Source: Klebsormidium nitens (Eukaryota; Plantae; Klebsormidiophyceae). Taken from it: DNA of 64,000 bases. Below, one piece after another: positions 24,601 through 38,000 of this stretch (within the stretch, counting starts at the first letter, position 1; the number at the start of each line of letters is the position of its first letter). The stretch spans positions 37,332 through 101,331 of the forward strand of contig DF237283.1 of the NCBI GenBank assembly GCA_000708835.1, written 5' to 3'. A program made the position numbers and the translations under genes. Under the pieces are notes generated by a model. That model was not told the origin of the DNA. It saw only the letters and a program-made list of their open reading frames with translations, and ran no database searches.

Positions 24601-27600
24601 CGTGGCCTAAGAATCAACTCTCACAAAGTCTCTCATTCCTGACGTCTTTTCCAACTCACAGGACCTTTGTGAGGACATCCTCCCCGCCTCTCAGACGGAC
24701 TCCTTCCACGGCTTTCCGGTCTCTCAACCGGATTCCGTTCCCGGAAGCCTGGCCAGCAGCCGGAACACCACCCCGTGCAACAGTGACGACGAAGAGGCCG
24801 ACGTGAGAGGGCCCCGGGGGGGCAAGGCCAAGAAAAGCGCAGGTGGGAAACTTCCCTCCGGAATGTGCTTCATCCTTGAATTTGAACGAAAACGTCATCG
24901 AAGCAGCCTAGATCTTCCACTACGAAGTTGGAATTTACTCAAGGATCAACGAGAAGGAAGAAAAGATGGAAGAGTTGGATTGAAAGGAAAACAAGAACGA
25001 AAGAATTTAATAAAAGCACCGATGGGAAGAGTTCTTTGAAAAAGAAGAAAAGAACATACAGAAGATCTCTCTCCCAGAACAGGACCAGTTGTAAGGTCCT
25101 ACAGGAGACCGTGAAACGTGATCATCCGGTCCCCGCCCTGACAGTGGAAGGACGAAGGCTCTCAACGGAAGGCTTGCCGCTCAAACCAGAACCTAATCTA
25201 GGAGCCCCTGGCATACGCCGATGAATGGATTTCCAAAACATGGAAACGTGATATGTGCTGCCTTGCTCCGGAATCGTCATTTTTCTATAAGTTCGGCTCC
25301 ACTCTAACCCCATCTTCAATTCCCCACTTGCAATCCTTGAACGGGGTAGGGTGGGGGGAAGGGCGCTCCCTCCTTGGTGCGGCTTGTTCATCAAGCTGTT
25401 CACAGAGTTCTAGGAAGACTGCCGGCGATATGCCGGATGAGCGTGGGGATAAACAAAAGGCGCGAAAAGCAGGACCAACGCAAGTCGCCGAAAGATCAGC
25501 CAAGCGACCTGACTTCAACAGAGTCTAAAACAACCTCGATCCGCATTGCAGGCGACAGCCGGCGCGAGAAGTCGCTGGGCGTGCTGACGCAGCGCTTCGT
25601 GGGCCTGTTCCTGACGTCACACACGGGCGTGCTGTCGCTGGACCACGCGGCGGAGGTCCTCCTCAGCGACTGCGACGCGACCGCCAAAACCAAGAGTGAG
25701 CGCGCGCGTGCGGACCTCTTGCGATCAACGTTTTTCTGAGTGCTTTCTTCGTCCTCTTGCGTGCGCTTCGTTTGGTCGTTTGCGCTTCCTGGTCAGGGGA
25801 TGAAAGTGGTCTCTCCAAGTAGTGCCTCGTCCAGAACAAGCGCCCGTGCAACGACTTGTCTCGTTTTCCTTTGCTTGCTTGTTCTTCTCTTGGTGCTCCG
25901 AAGCTGTTTCTGCCTGTGATTTGAACGTCTTGAGAAGGGGAACCTCAATAAGCAGCTCTCGGCGCCCCTGATCGCCAAACGGTTCGTCGGTTCCGGCTGG
26001 GCTTTGTGGATTGCTTGCATCCAAAGATGACAAAAATAGAGGACACAAATAGTGTTCCCATTGGTCAATGAAGATTTCTCCTCACAGTCTCAGACGCTGA
26101 GGTTTCTGCGGCGAACCACGAATACTTTAACTCGATCACAGATTTTCGAGTGAATGCTAAACCATTTTCAAATCTGGAATACAACCAGGGACACCCCAAG
26201 CCGATCATAAACCTGCCCTCGAACTTCACCGTTTCCAAGTTAGGTTCCTTGAACTAAAGCTTTTTCAAAGTTCTGATTGTACCAACGATTCTCTGTCCTG
26301 CAGCCAAGGTTCGTCGCCTGTACGACATCGCCAACATCCTGGCCTCGATGCGCCTCATCGAAAAGATCCAGGTTAACAAGGTCCGCAAACCCGCCTTCCG
26401 GTGGATCTGCGCAAACTCCCGCATCGCGCTCAACTCGCGCGCCGATAACCTCAAGTGGTGCGTCCCCTTGCTACGCCCCGAAGAGCTCGCCGCGGGGGGG
26501 TCGAAACGCCCGGCGGACGACCCCCCTTCGGTGGAACCCGCAGAAAACGAGCTGCCGGCAAAACGGTTAAGGACGGGTTTGCAGAGGGTTAACGAGGAGG
26601 GCGTCGGGGCGCCGGGTGCGTTTGAGTGGGTTAGGTCGCTGACTGGAAGCGGTCGGGGGATTGCCCCGGGGCAAATGCCGGACCGCCCAGTTGCGGTGTA
26701 CCCCTCGACCCAGTGGCCAATCGCAATCGCCCACGTGGCAGGTGGGAAGCACCCCGGGGAAGGCCCCCAGGTGCCGTTTGGGGGGAGCGAAAACGGCTGG
26801 CGAGAGTGGGGGGGAGAAAGAATTGGGGCGGGGTACGGAGGTGTGTTGGGGCCGCCGGGCCCGGTAGGAAGCGGAGAACAGGGCGCTCGAAAGGCAGGGC
26901 AGGCCCTGTTGAGACAAGTGTCGGCGCCAGTTGCAGTGAAGATCGAGACGGATCGCCCTATGACGGGGCCTGTCCTTAAAGCGAGCGGGTCGTGGCCAGT
27001 CTTAGGAGGGTTCCCGAGCACGGAGTTTTTCGGTTTGCCACTGACGGGGGGACCTTTGGCCCGCTCCGCGACCCCCCCTCTGCAAACCACGTCGCCGGAA
27101 GCGCCTATTAACACCGGGCCGGTCGAGGGGCTCCGCTCAAGCCACGAGGAAAGCTTGCAACGCTCTCCGGTGACAAAGTGCGCAATGACTGGCGCAAACC
27201 CGCCCCAAATCCACTCCCTAACCGACCCTGAAACCGGAGCTCGTTCACCTTCGCCCTCGCCCTCCCCAACAGAGGGATCGCCCCCGACGACGCTCCGGTG
27301 TGAAAAGGCCCCAGCGCGCAAGCTGCGCCACATTCTGCCCCGGACGCCTGCCACGTCAGCGCACGCGGCTGCCACGTCATCCCCCGGGCTAGCGATCCCG
27401 TCGGCCGACACGTGGCTCACCCCGAACGCGAAACCCCTCCCAGACACCCCTTTGTTCGCGGGGCTTTTCGGCGGGCAGTGTGAAAACCCCTCCGGTGTGA
27501 ACGCCGTCAACCCTGCGTACGTCCAGTACATGGCAGCCTGCCACGCGCTGTACCAGCAGTTTGCGGCCCCTGTTCACACCCTTCCCGCCGCGGCGCCCGT

Positions 27601-28234
27601 TCACACCGCGGCTCCTGTTCACACCCAGGCGCCCAATTACGCGGCGGTGCCGAACTACGCATCCGTGCCCGTTCACACTCCTTCCTCGTACGCCACTAGC
27701 CCACTGGGCGCCGCCCGCTCGGGTGGTGTGAATAGCTTCCCTGCCCCGGTCGTCTCGCCAAACCGCGCAGCGGCTGCTACAAACCAGTTCGGGATGCACT
27801 CCCTTCAGGGCCCCGTTTTGCCAGGAGTTGCCGTTCCCTCGCCCATGAACGCCCGGCTATTAACTCCCCCCGCGCAAAAGCAAGGCCCTGGCAGAGCCAT
27901 CCCCGCTCTGCAAGCAAGGGGGCCAATGCCCCCCGGTCTAGTTCTGCTTCCCGGAACGGCGCGCCCCGCTAAAACGTCCCCAAACCAGGGCCCCGTGGGC
28001 GTACCCCGGGCAGAACAGGCGTTCCCGTTTGGTGCTTCGCTCGAGCACAATACGGGGGCTCTTGGACCGGGCAATTTTGGCCCCCCGGGGCAGAAACGGG
28101 TAGCGGTGGTTCAGCAAGGGCCGGCAAACGGGCCGAGTGTTGGGCGGCGGCTGACGGCCGGAATCACCGCTCTGGGGGGGACCAGGCCCGGGAGCGCGAA
28201 GAGAGGAGGGAGCCCCCCGGGAGGGAAAAGGTAG
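21616..28234 (+). CDS. DEL1: Atypical E2F / DP-E2F-like (DEL; E2F7/8-type) transcription factor with two DNA-binding domains
   Basis: Exons 21616-22328, 22768-22835, 23205-23257, 23764-23841, 24662-24842, 25552-25695 and 26304-28234 are phase-compatible. DBD1: RKEKSLGLLC..GVERRRIYDIVNVLES..KNRYTWHG. DBD2: RREKSLGVLTQRFVGLF..KVRRLYDIANILAS..KPAFRW. Confidence 0.93.
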
Positions 28235-30398
28235 TCATTGAAAGCGCCTAGGGCGCAGCATGCCAGCTAGCGTTTGCTAGGTAGCTTAAGGCATGCAATC
28301 AAAAGAGGTTCGACGCTGCTGGTCGCTGTTCGCGACCGTGTATCCCAGTCAAGCTCTGTTAACGTCAAAGAAACGTTTTGAAGGGACAAAAAATGTCCGG
28401 TCATTGTTATGGCACGAGCCCAAAGAATCACTACTGATCAGTGCGATCGATATTGTCCGCAAGTTTCTTCACTCACTTTCACTAGAGCGCAGTAAGTGGA
28501 ACAAGAGGTCACCGATCCTGCGCGCTGCCAAGGCCCAAGAATCCGCTTGTTTTGACGACTGCATCGAGGGTCATGCATCCGTACAATACTGCAAAGGTAA
28601 CTACGCTGGCAAGGCCCGAGGCATAAGCAGCTAGCCTGAATGTCGCTTGAGGCCACGCACGGATCGTTCACGTCCAGCTGCCCTTTTGCTTGCCAACGCG
28701 CAGGCCGAGTACGTTCCAACATGTACGCAAGGGCTAGCACATGTGCGTTAATGCGGACTCAACTAATTAACGAAGTATGCACGTAGTCACTCGATCAACA
28801 GTATACCAACATATGCACCGTACCACACGCGGCCTGCACCAAACTTAACTCGTTGTGCATCGATCGAAGCTATAAGATCGAGCTACCGGTATGCGCGCGA
28901 CAATTGGGATCATATCAAGCTAGAAGCATATTTCCATGTGCAATTATCAGCTTAAGGATTGCATACCTAATGGACAAGTTCCTTTCAACCGTCCGATCCG
29001 AGATCGATGACGGTCCAGTTTCAAGATGCAAAGATACGCCCATTAAGAACCATGATTCGCAATCATGGATCCAAGATCGGCGTGTGAGCACACGTCGGAT
29101 AAATTAGAGGGTTCATGACAACCTACCTGACTGATCATTGCAGTGGGACAAAATGATCAACTACTTTTGCACCTAGATTGGTTGGCCTGAGTCTAGCTTA
29201 GAGCAAAACGTGACCTTCTTATTTTGACTAATAACCGCTTGGTCCGAACTTGCATGATCGACAGTCTCCCAACTAATCAAGGCTGAGTCAGCGACATTTA
29301 GCAGCACTGCTTTAACGTAAGCTCAGCGGCCAATTGATAAGCATACGCTCGGCGCATACTGGGCAATTCGTCTATAGAGACACACCTAGAGCAAGCTTGG
29401 CAAAAACGTTTCAGGCCCTCGGTTCCGCCTCAAATTCGCAGTCGTCCGCTAAAACTTCCGACCTTTCAAGCTTTGACGCTTTCAACTTCAGATTAGACTC
29501 TTGGACAGTCTGACCCATGTTGGTCGAGGTGGTGACCCCCTCTCTGCGTATCTTTGGTCGTCTTTGACTTGAGGACCGACTTCCTGTTAAGTTCATCTGC
29601 CTGTCAACCTCTTGGCAGTTCGACGGCCGTTCCAGGTCTTGCGACGTACGTACCCGGTTGCACGTCCCCGGTGTAGGGCCGGGCTTGCGGAAAAGGGGAG
29701 GGCGCTGCCCGGGGGACGTAACCGGGACCCTGACCGTGGGTGTGCATTGGTGCGCCTTGTGGTTCCAATTCGCCTGAAAGCAATCGAAGGGATTCATATT
29801 CGAAAAAGGGTGCGCAATGTTAATCGTCTTTGGTTCGAGTCGAGCCTGATTAAATTTAACTTGAAGCACTTAGCCTGGGTCAAAACTTGGTTATCTCCCA
29901 CAACGACGGGTTTTGATTAGGGGTCTCATCAGGAGAATGGGCTTCAAATCTGACTGCTTGTGAGTTGCTTATTCCACCGACTAAAGCTCCGGTTTTAAGC
30001 TCAACTTGTGCTTGTCGGTCACAGAAACCCACCGTTCACCAGAAAATTATTGGATTGAATTTTACTTTTGACGAGCGAAAGCAAGGAGTTAGCTGGACGC
30101 AGTCGAATCCACGCTCGAACGCCAACCCTGCTTCTCATCTTCTCCCCTGATCGTGCAAATGCACGAGTTGGCATCGTTCCATCAATTGACGGCCGCTTCG
30201 CGAATTCTCGAAACCGTCAGCTGTCTTAGAGTGATCCTACATTGACTCCCTCGCATTGATCTGAACCAAAGCAGGATCTCGCACGTTTCAAGCTCGGGTT
30301 TGTAAACAACGGGCGGACTCGGAGTTCCTTCGAACAGATCACTTTCGCTCCCCATGTTCGTGCTCAATTGAAGGCCACGCTGAAATCGCTGGACCTTT

Positions 30399-33042
30399 TC
30401 AACCCCAGACAGGCTTGGTTAATGGGGGAAACCCCAGATGAGACTCACGTTCGAAGAATATTGGCTCACGAGCGAAGGCCTGGTTCGGTGCGGCTCCTCC
30501 CCTGCTCGCCGGCAGCAACTTCTCTCCCCTCTCTAGTTCGCGCGTCCGATTGCTTATGAGGCAACAGAGAAGCAGCCCGGCGCAGACCATAAACACGAGG
30601 CCCCCCGCCGCAGCCAACCCCCCTGCTACGAAAAGACTGGAATTGCCATTCTTGCTATCGTCATCATCCGGGCTCGAAGAACCAGAACTGCGGCTCGTGG
30701 GGGGGCTGACATAGCGGGGGGGAGGAGGGGGGGGCCGGCGAGGACTCGGGGGGGTAAAAGGGCTGGAACTTCTTGGGGGGGGCGGAGAAGCAAAAACGTC
30801 GCAGCACGCGGGGCTTGTGTAAAGGCCGTTAGGGGTGCAGTCCGCCCGCTCGAACCTTCTGGCGGTGAGGCAAGAAGTCGTATCGACGTCGAAAGTCTGT
30901 GTCAAGCAACACGCGGCGTAAGGGCGAGTGCTCCACGTGCCAGAGCCACACGCGTAGCCGACGAAGGCCTTGTCGGTCGAGGTGATGCGGCACACATACG
31001 TCAGCAAGTTGCGTCCTGCAGGGGATTAAGGGGATTTAGTCTTGGATTTGGTTTGGTTTCTGACTCTGCTTTAGCCTCTGACTTTGGCTGTAGTTTCTAC
31101 CAACTTCAGTTGAGCGTCTATGTTAGTCTACAGAGGCCTTCTCGAGGTGAATGCGACACACGTACGTCATCAGGTTTCAATCAAGCGAGAGATCGCCGCA
31201 CGGGAGGTTCCAACCCTGAATTTGGTCTACTTTTCTGACACTAATCCAACTTTGTGACCTTTCCTTGCTGATTTTCGTTTGGGCTCTAACTTCTTGCCTA
31301 GTGTTCGAATATGGATTTACCCTCCACCTTTTCTTTTTAATTGGCCTCGGATTTCCGTTTGGCGGCTTTGACTCTGTTCTCTTATCGACTTTTAATCAGT
31401 CTCCAACTTTTGGTTTCCTAAGTGGGCTTTGACCAACGGCTTTCCATTTCCGGTCAAATCTGAATGAACTCGATCGGGACGTGCCAGACAGTCAATCAGG
31501 GCTTCTTTCACACTAATCAGAGTACACTGATCACATTTCAGCGAGAAGCCCGCATCGGTATAACGGGCTTGGTAACGCTGACGTTAAGACAGTGGAGCAT
31601 TCTCGGGGGCTCAAACATCAAAAACGAATGCTGTTCCAAACGTCAATCGATTATATTTGAAGAAGCACAAGTGGGCTCCTTCAAACGCAGAAGCGTCTGT
31701 CCTAGGATCTGCAGACTGCCAGTGCAGCGTTGACTCTAAGTCGGTGTCAATTGCCCACAAGATCAGGGGATTCAATTCTTTGCAAGTTGCCCGCCAAAAG
31801 GCTGGCAGCGGCCGCTGCTGACTCACGTTCTTGGAGGAGTTGCCTTTGGGTGACGTTTGTTCCGAAGTCGACGGTTTGCGTCTCCACTGCCGAAAGACCT
31901 TCCGAAGCTTCAATGGATTGTGCCAGGACCTGCAGGGAAGAGTGGTGTTCAGCTTTTCCGTCTTCTGAGTGTATCTTTCTCCCAGAGTCAGCAAATTATG
32001 CTGAATGCAGCGCACGGAGGGAACGTCTTCTCTGCACGGAAGTACAGGTCTCAGGAAGAGGCAATATCCTTCTTCCCAAGCGGACTGTCGTACAAGCAAG
32101 CATCCTCTGGCGATTGGCAGTCGGGCCAATAATAGAGCAGGCCGCATGAGTGTGCTTGCAGAAGCGTAACTTTTCCCAAGCACTTCACACTTGATCCCAA
32201 TTTCCACCCATCGAATCATCCAGGTGCCAAACTAGATACATGCGGCCGTTAATTTTGGAACTCAAAATACTTGCGGTGGGATACGAACTCAGTTCACTGC
32301 AATATGCGCTCACAAGAGCCAGCTTTTGTATCCGTGTTGCGCAGGAAAAGTTGCAGCACTTTCCAAGCAAAGAAGAGCGCAGCAGACGTCAATTCAGAAG
32401 TTAGTGTCCAAAGGGAGTACCAGATTGCAAACAAAGTTTTCTTGACCAGAGAAACCTATATTCTGCCAGTGGGTTCAGATGAGTATATAATCATCTGATC
32501 CTGCAAAAACTGCTAACTATAGCTAGAAGGCAGTAATCCTGATTCTTTCCAATCTTTACAACCTCTCGATTCTGGCCAGTTTTCAATCAACTGGTGACAG
32601 TAGAGGCCACTACCACAGGCAATCATAGCTTAATTGTATGTTCTTTTTATTGAGAGAAACAAATAAATCGTATCTAGACAAGAAAGTGCAGAATGAAACT
32701 CTGAGCCTAAGTCAGTCCTTGTCAGAAATTAGCTGCAAGCAGTGAGCTCAGTGTGACAAGATCAAAGCCTGCCTCATGACCGCCCACTCTTCCATATACA
32801 TCACCTTCCAAAATACTTTTTCAGCCCGCTCAATGCACCCTACAGCCCTTCACTTCAAAGCTCATCAGGTCAACCTCTCACTTCAAGTATCCCAGACAGG
32901 AAAACTTGAGCAATGCAGTATGCACATGTATTTCTTGCTTGCGCAGAGGGTGGTTAGTGGTGCTTTGGAGGCAATTGAGGGAACAGTTACTTACCAGCAC
33001 AGGTCCTGACAGGAGCCCAGCCAAGAAGACCGCAAGCAGCAT
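30399..33042 (-). CDS. Single-pass type I membrane protein: signal peptide, 8-Cys ectodomain, Pro/Ser-rich stalk, TM helix; 3' end uncertain
   Basis: Exons 33042-32995 (MLLAVFLAGLLSGPVL), 31929-31827 and 31015-~30450 or 30399 join in phase. Contains SPPPP-type tracts and the TM helix LFVAGGLAAAGGLVFMVCAGLLLCCLI. A GTGAGT donor near 30450 and related STNMG-containing ORFs down to 29411 suggest further exons. Confidence 0.65.
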
Positions 33043-35041
33043 CCCGGAAGCGGAACGGCTTTGCAGCCACTTCTTATCTGTCGTGAGCCTTTCTCTTCCC
33101 TGCGGGAAGACCTTTTTCCGCTCATGTCCCGACGCCATGTGGAAACTAGCTGGTGACGACATATGTGATGAAGTTAGCCTGGATTGAACAAGTTTCCGCT
33201 AGTACCAACTCTCTCTAAACGGTCTGGTCTTCTGTGAATGCTGTACGAGGGTTGTGCTTCCGTCAGTGACACTCTAGTTGGCAAAATGTGGTTCCCTTTC
33301 TTGGTGGTTCTTGTAGCTCTGGCGAAGTGATGCCAATTAAATGAATGCAAGATTTGAGGCTTGCACTTAACCAGCTGCCAACCGGTTAAAGGGCTCCTTG
33401 ATCCTTCATAGTGCACCCCAAAATAGACCTTGGATGTGACAATGTCAAAAGAAGATGTTGCGCCACCGATTGCTCTGGCGGCCGCCGTATGTTGCTCAGC
33501 AGCTTGCCTGTCGCCCCACCCAGCTTTCCTTTCGCAGGTAGGTAGCAGACTCTACCAATAGGTATGGATTTGGAACTGGTTATCTATTTGAGGAAGCCTG
33601 AGCAGTGAGGGGCCCTGAGCTACCGTAGATCACAGGTGCCACAGATTGCAATCATCTCAATCGGGGAGCGCCATGGCGCCATAAATTCCCATAATGATGT
33701 CACACCGAGTAAGTACCGATATATCCGTGATTGGGACGCCGGGCTGCGCGGCCGCCATTTCCCTCGAATTTATGATGAAGGGTAACTGGGACGGGTGGGG
33801 TCAGCTTGGGGGTTAGGGTGGGTACGAGAGCGGAGCGTGTAAACGTAGGGTTTGAGCTTTTAATTTGGTGTTACATTAACCCTTCATGGAATCGAGAGTT
33901 ACGCGGCCGCCGGCGGCGGCTGCCGCAGGCTCAGGCTTTGCGCGGCCGCCCGCGACTCAGGAATACAAGGGCGCAACAGGACGGCCGGCGGTAGCTAGCC
34001 TGATCGAGATGATTCAAAACCCGTAAGTCTACAGTCACGTGACGACGATGCACATGCTGCACAAACATCCAAACATGTACACGTCACCGTTACAGCTCTG
34101 TTTTGCGAATCCGACGGGCCAAAATGACTCGATCTAGCTGCATGCTAGACATCTAGCTGTATATGTTCGCCATGTTGCACGAGTAAGAGCGCCGTCTTGG
34201 CTAGTGAACATGCATTTGTCGGGGCAATTTTTGGATCCAACTATCCAACTCCAAGTTTCGAAAGGGATCTAGCTTTCAAGTTTTGGAACACCAGATCATT
34301 GTATTTGTAACAGCTTGGGCCCACGTCCAACTGTAATGATATATCCAGGCCGCCAAATCACTGCAAGACAGCCTGCCACATGAGGAATACATTTACTGCC
34401 ACATTTCATTTGCGGCGCGCGGTCTACCGTCCTCTTGAACTAATTAAAGCGGGGACCTAATCGAGACGATTGGTCAGTGACCTTCACAAAGTGCATGGAC
34501 ATGATTTAACACTTTGGTCTTAGCTAGGTCCCGTAATTGTATCTGATTGCATGTACAGCCTGATTTTATAGAACCTTCGCGTATACTTATAAGAGGAAAT
34601 TATATAAGAGATTGTCATGACGGCCAACAATCTGCTGGGCGCAATGCTGAGTTCGAACGGTGGTCGTTGGAGCTGGGGGCTGGCAAGTCGGAGCCTGAAT
34701 CAAACAATCGATTTTGCATTTGCATTTGCATAATCTTGCACAGGCGGCAGCCACATAGACAAATCACTACGAAACCTTCCTTTGCCTTGATCGAAAGTAT
34801 GGCAATCGATGCAGTCTCACTATTCCAACTTGCTTAGCAGCAGTACCTCATTTTTGGCATATTCGCACGCAACCATCCACTACGGATGTTTAAAGCTATC
34901 AAGTCCCGTCACCTGCCTGATCCATAACCTACGAAGTACCATTAAGATTGTGTAAGTGACACAAGTATACCTACTCTATCAACCCAAATAATAGCAGCGC
35001 ACGCCTCGTATCGCTTAAGCCAAGAACCCACCCCCGTCACA

Positions 35042-38000
35042 CTATTCCGGTCCCACACTTGCGGTCGACTTCTTGTCCTCAATTTCGTCCAAGTCCTCCT
35101 CCTCTGGCTTCTTTCCGGCCTGCTCTTTCCAGTGGGCTATTTGCTTCTTTAACCGCAGGATCTCCTTCGATTCGATGTTTTTGGTGGCAGTGTTGATAAT
35201 CGAGCGCACGCGGGTTGCGTAGATGAGCGAGTTGTGCGTTTCGTCCACGTTCGTATCGGCGGGGGACGCGTTCACAAACATCAGCGTCTTGGCGTTTCCT
35301 CCTGCATCACGAGATCGCCATACGCTTTATGTTCCCAAAGAATATCCAGGAGGTATATGAGGCACATATGATGTCCTTAGATGCCACACGGGATTTAACG
35401 ACTCTAGTTGTACTAGTGCCTTACTCTACATGGGCAGCCGGACGTTATTGGAACTATTTGCAAACACTCATACGCTGGCACCAACTCTCACAGGTCAAGA
35501 GAAGCTGTGCGCCGTTCAACTCCACAGGGGGTTTGCTGCGCTTTCCAATCAACCGCCACAATCTCCACATTTGGCAGACTGCAAAGAATATTGACGCAAT
35601 GTGGAAGCAACAACGGAATGAATCCAAGGGCGAAGAACTGGTTATGAAGCAATTGCGGCTCACCTAGCGAGTCGCTCATGAGCATGGTGAGCTTGTGGTT
35701 GCGGTACGGGATGTGCGCCTCCTCCGTGGCGAGCGCCGAGATGACGTCACCGAGCGCTGACAGCGACTTGTTGATGGACTGGGCCTCCTGCGACACGGAA
35801 CGCACCACATGTTAGTGACGTCACGTGTTTACGAGCTTCTTTCGCCTCAGACCCATCCGCTCTATTGATTATCTTGTCCTGCGACGGACCTCGTAGGACT
35901 GAACGGGTTCGGATAAAGGCGGGGAAAGTACGGAGAACTATAAGCATCCCAATCAGGCACCATTCTGTGACGCAAGAAGCTCCAACCTTTCCCAAGCCCA
36001 CCTTCCGCTTCTGCTCCAATCGCAATACCCTCTCAGCGACAAAGCCCGCACCGGTTGGCATAGCCACAATCGCTCAGTAACATAAGCTGACCATAATCCC
36101 AAACGCCCGAGGACCTGAGACCTACGGTTAGTAATCCCAAGACAGTGACCTGGAACAAAACCCAACCTTGAGGTGCTCCCCGATGGACCCTGATCTTTTT
36201 ACCCGCTCCGAACCCAACAGGTCCACAAACCCAGCCTTGATATGCCACGGATCGGTCAGATTCCTTTCTTAATAAGATCCCCGAACCCAGAAAACCCAAA
36301 GTCCAGATCACAAACCAGCTGATCTGCTGACTTTTCTTGAGTTGCTCCCCCGTTGACCCAGACCTCTTCACCCGCTCCGACCCCGCCAGAACCACAAAGC
36401 CAGCCTTGATTTACCTTGGATCAGTCAGACCCAAAACTGAAACAACAAGTCCAGCTTAACGAAACCCACCTTGAGCTGCTCTCCCGTCGACCCCGATTTT
36501 TTCACCCGCTCCGACCCTGCCAAATCCACAAAGCTCAGCTTCCCCTTCACGAGCGCCTGCGTCTGCAGATTCGTGCTCTCGATGATAATCGACAGCACGA
36601 GGTGCGACCGTGAGCTCTCCGTGTTCATCTGCGTCCCCGCGATGTGGCGCTTCTCCTGGCCGCGTTTCACCGTCGCCTCTAGTTCCTCGATCGACGCGAC
36701 GGAAACTAGGGTGGCGCCCTCGACGACCACCATGCCCTTGGCGTCCTTCTTGATCTCCAGCTTCTTGGGCTCCTTGGGGGCCTTCTTCGGCAGCAGCAGG
36801 TCTTGCAAGTTGTCCTGTAAACGTAGTGTAGTGCGTCGGGATTCATGTTCAGAGTTCAGAGCTTTTCAGGCTCTTGCTTTCTTGAAACCAGGTTTTGGTC
36901 CTATATCAGGTAGCGTGGCTTCCCAGGGGCATTCGTGGGCAGGAGCAAATCGTGTAATTTGTCTGAAGAGAGAAAAGTGAACGATATCAGCACAAGGTGC
37001 GCGGGAAAGCTGAGATTATGCAATCGTGAGGATCCCGAAGAGCCATGAATTTGAGGGTTTGGGGGTCTCGAGAAACGTTATAGATTTCTTGGGCTCCTTG
37101 AAGGCCTTCTTGGGCAGCAGCAAGTCTGGTAGATATTTGTCCTGTAGTAAGATTCAAACTTCGCATATCAGTCTTCGAGCTTCAAAGAACATCTATTCGA
37201 TGGACAACCAATCCGTCGGACATTAGTGTGTCGTTTAAGCTTCATTTAGTTCGTCCAAGCTCCTTGGGAGCCTTCAGGGGCAGCAGCAGGAAAGATTCGT
37301 CGAGGAAACGGATTTGAGTGGATGCCGCAATCTTCAACTTTTCTGCGCTAACGCTGGAGCCAAACTCGCAACGTTGACCTCAGTCGTAATCGACGAGCCA
37401 AGACGTCACGGCCGGCTCAACGAGTGCAAAAAGCACTTTGGAGAAAAGTGCTTGAAGGGACTCTTCAAAAACTCGAGAACGATCACTGTTACACTGAGCG
37501 AGAGTGAATTGTTGATATCTTTCGACTTGGGATCTCACCTGGTACAACTCCAGCATGTACACCTTGAGTGCAAACGAGTACTTGTTCCCGTCGCGCTGCA
37601 TAATCTCAAACAGCTCGCGCATCGCGCGCGGCGTCAGGCCGGGGTTCTCGGGCGTGCCGTAGATCGTGAACGTCTTGCCGCTGCCCGTCTGGCCATAGGC
37701 GAAGATGCACACGTTGTACCCGTCCACCGCACTCTGGATCAAGTACTGCAAAAGGAGAGGTCCTCAAGATTTAGAAACCTGCTTTGTAGCTTGAAACGAA
37801 CGAACTGTCTTCTGCAGATCGGGATTCGATAGAGTGAACGTCTTGCCGCTGCCCGTCTGGCCGTAGGCGAAGGTGCCCACGTTGTACCCGTCCACCGTAC
37901 TCTGGATCAGATACTGCAAAGGAAGGGACGTTTAGGGTTTGAGGCCCGGGGTTTCAAGCAGGTTAAGGAAGGGTTACAGATCGGTTCTAATTTGTTTCCA

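Noticed and set aside
23842-24642. Remainder of the 292-aa ORF 23764..24642
   Set aside because: It is read-through past the GTAAG donor of a DEL exon into intron.
26254-27531. Long antisense ORFs over GC-rich exons (also 719..1342, 57986..58816, 60736..61404)
   Set aside because: Shadow ORFs expected opposite GC-rich coding sequence.
28600-29400. Intergenic tract rich in short palindromes (similar at about 5300-5900 and 33950-34550)
   Set aside because: No terminal repeats, target-site duplication or alignable copies found by eye, so a MITE or Helitron call is not supported.
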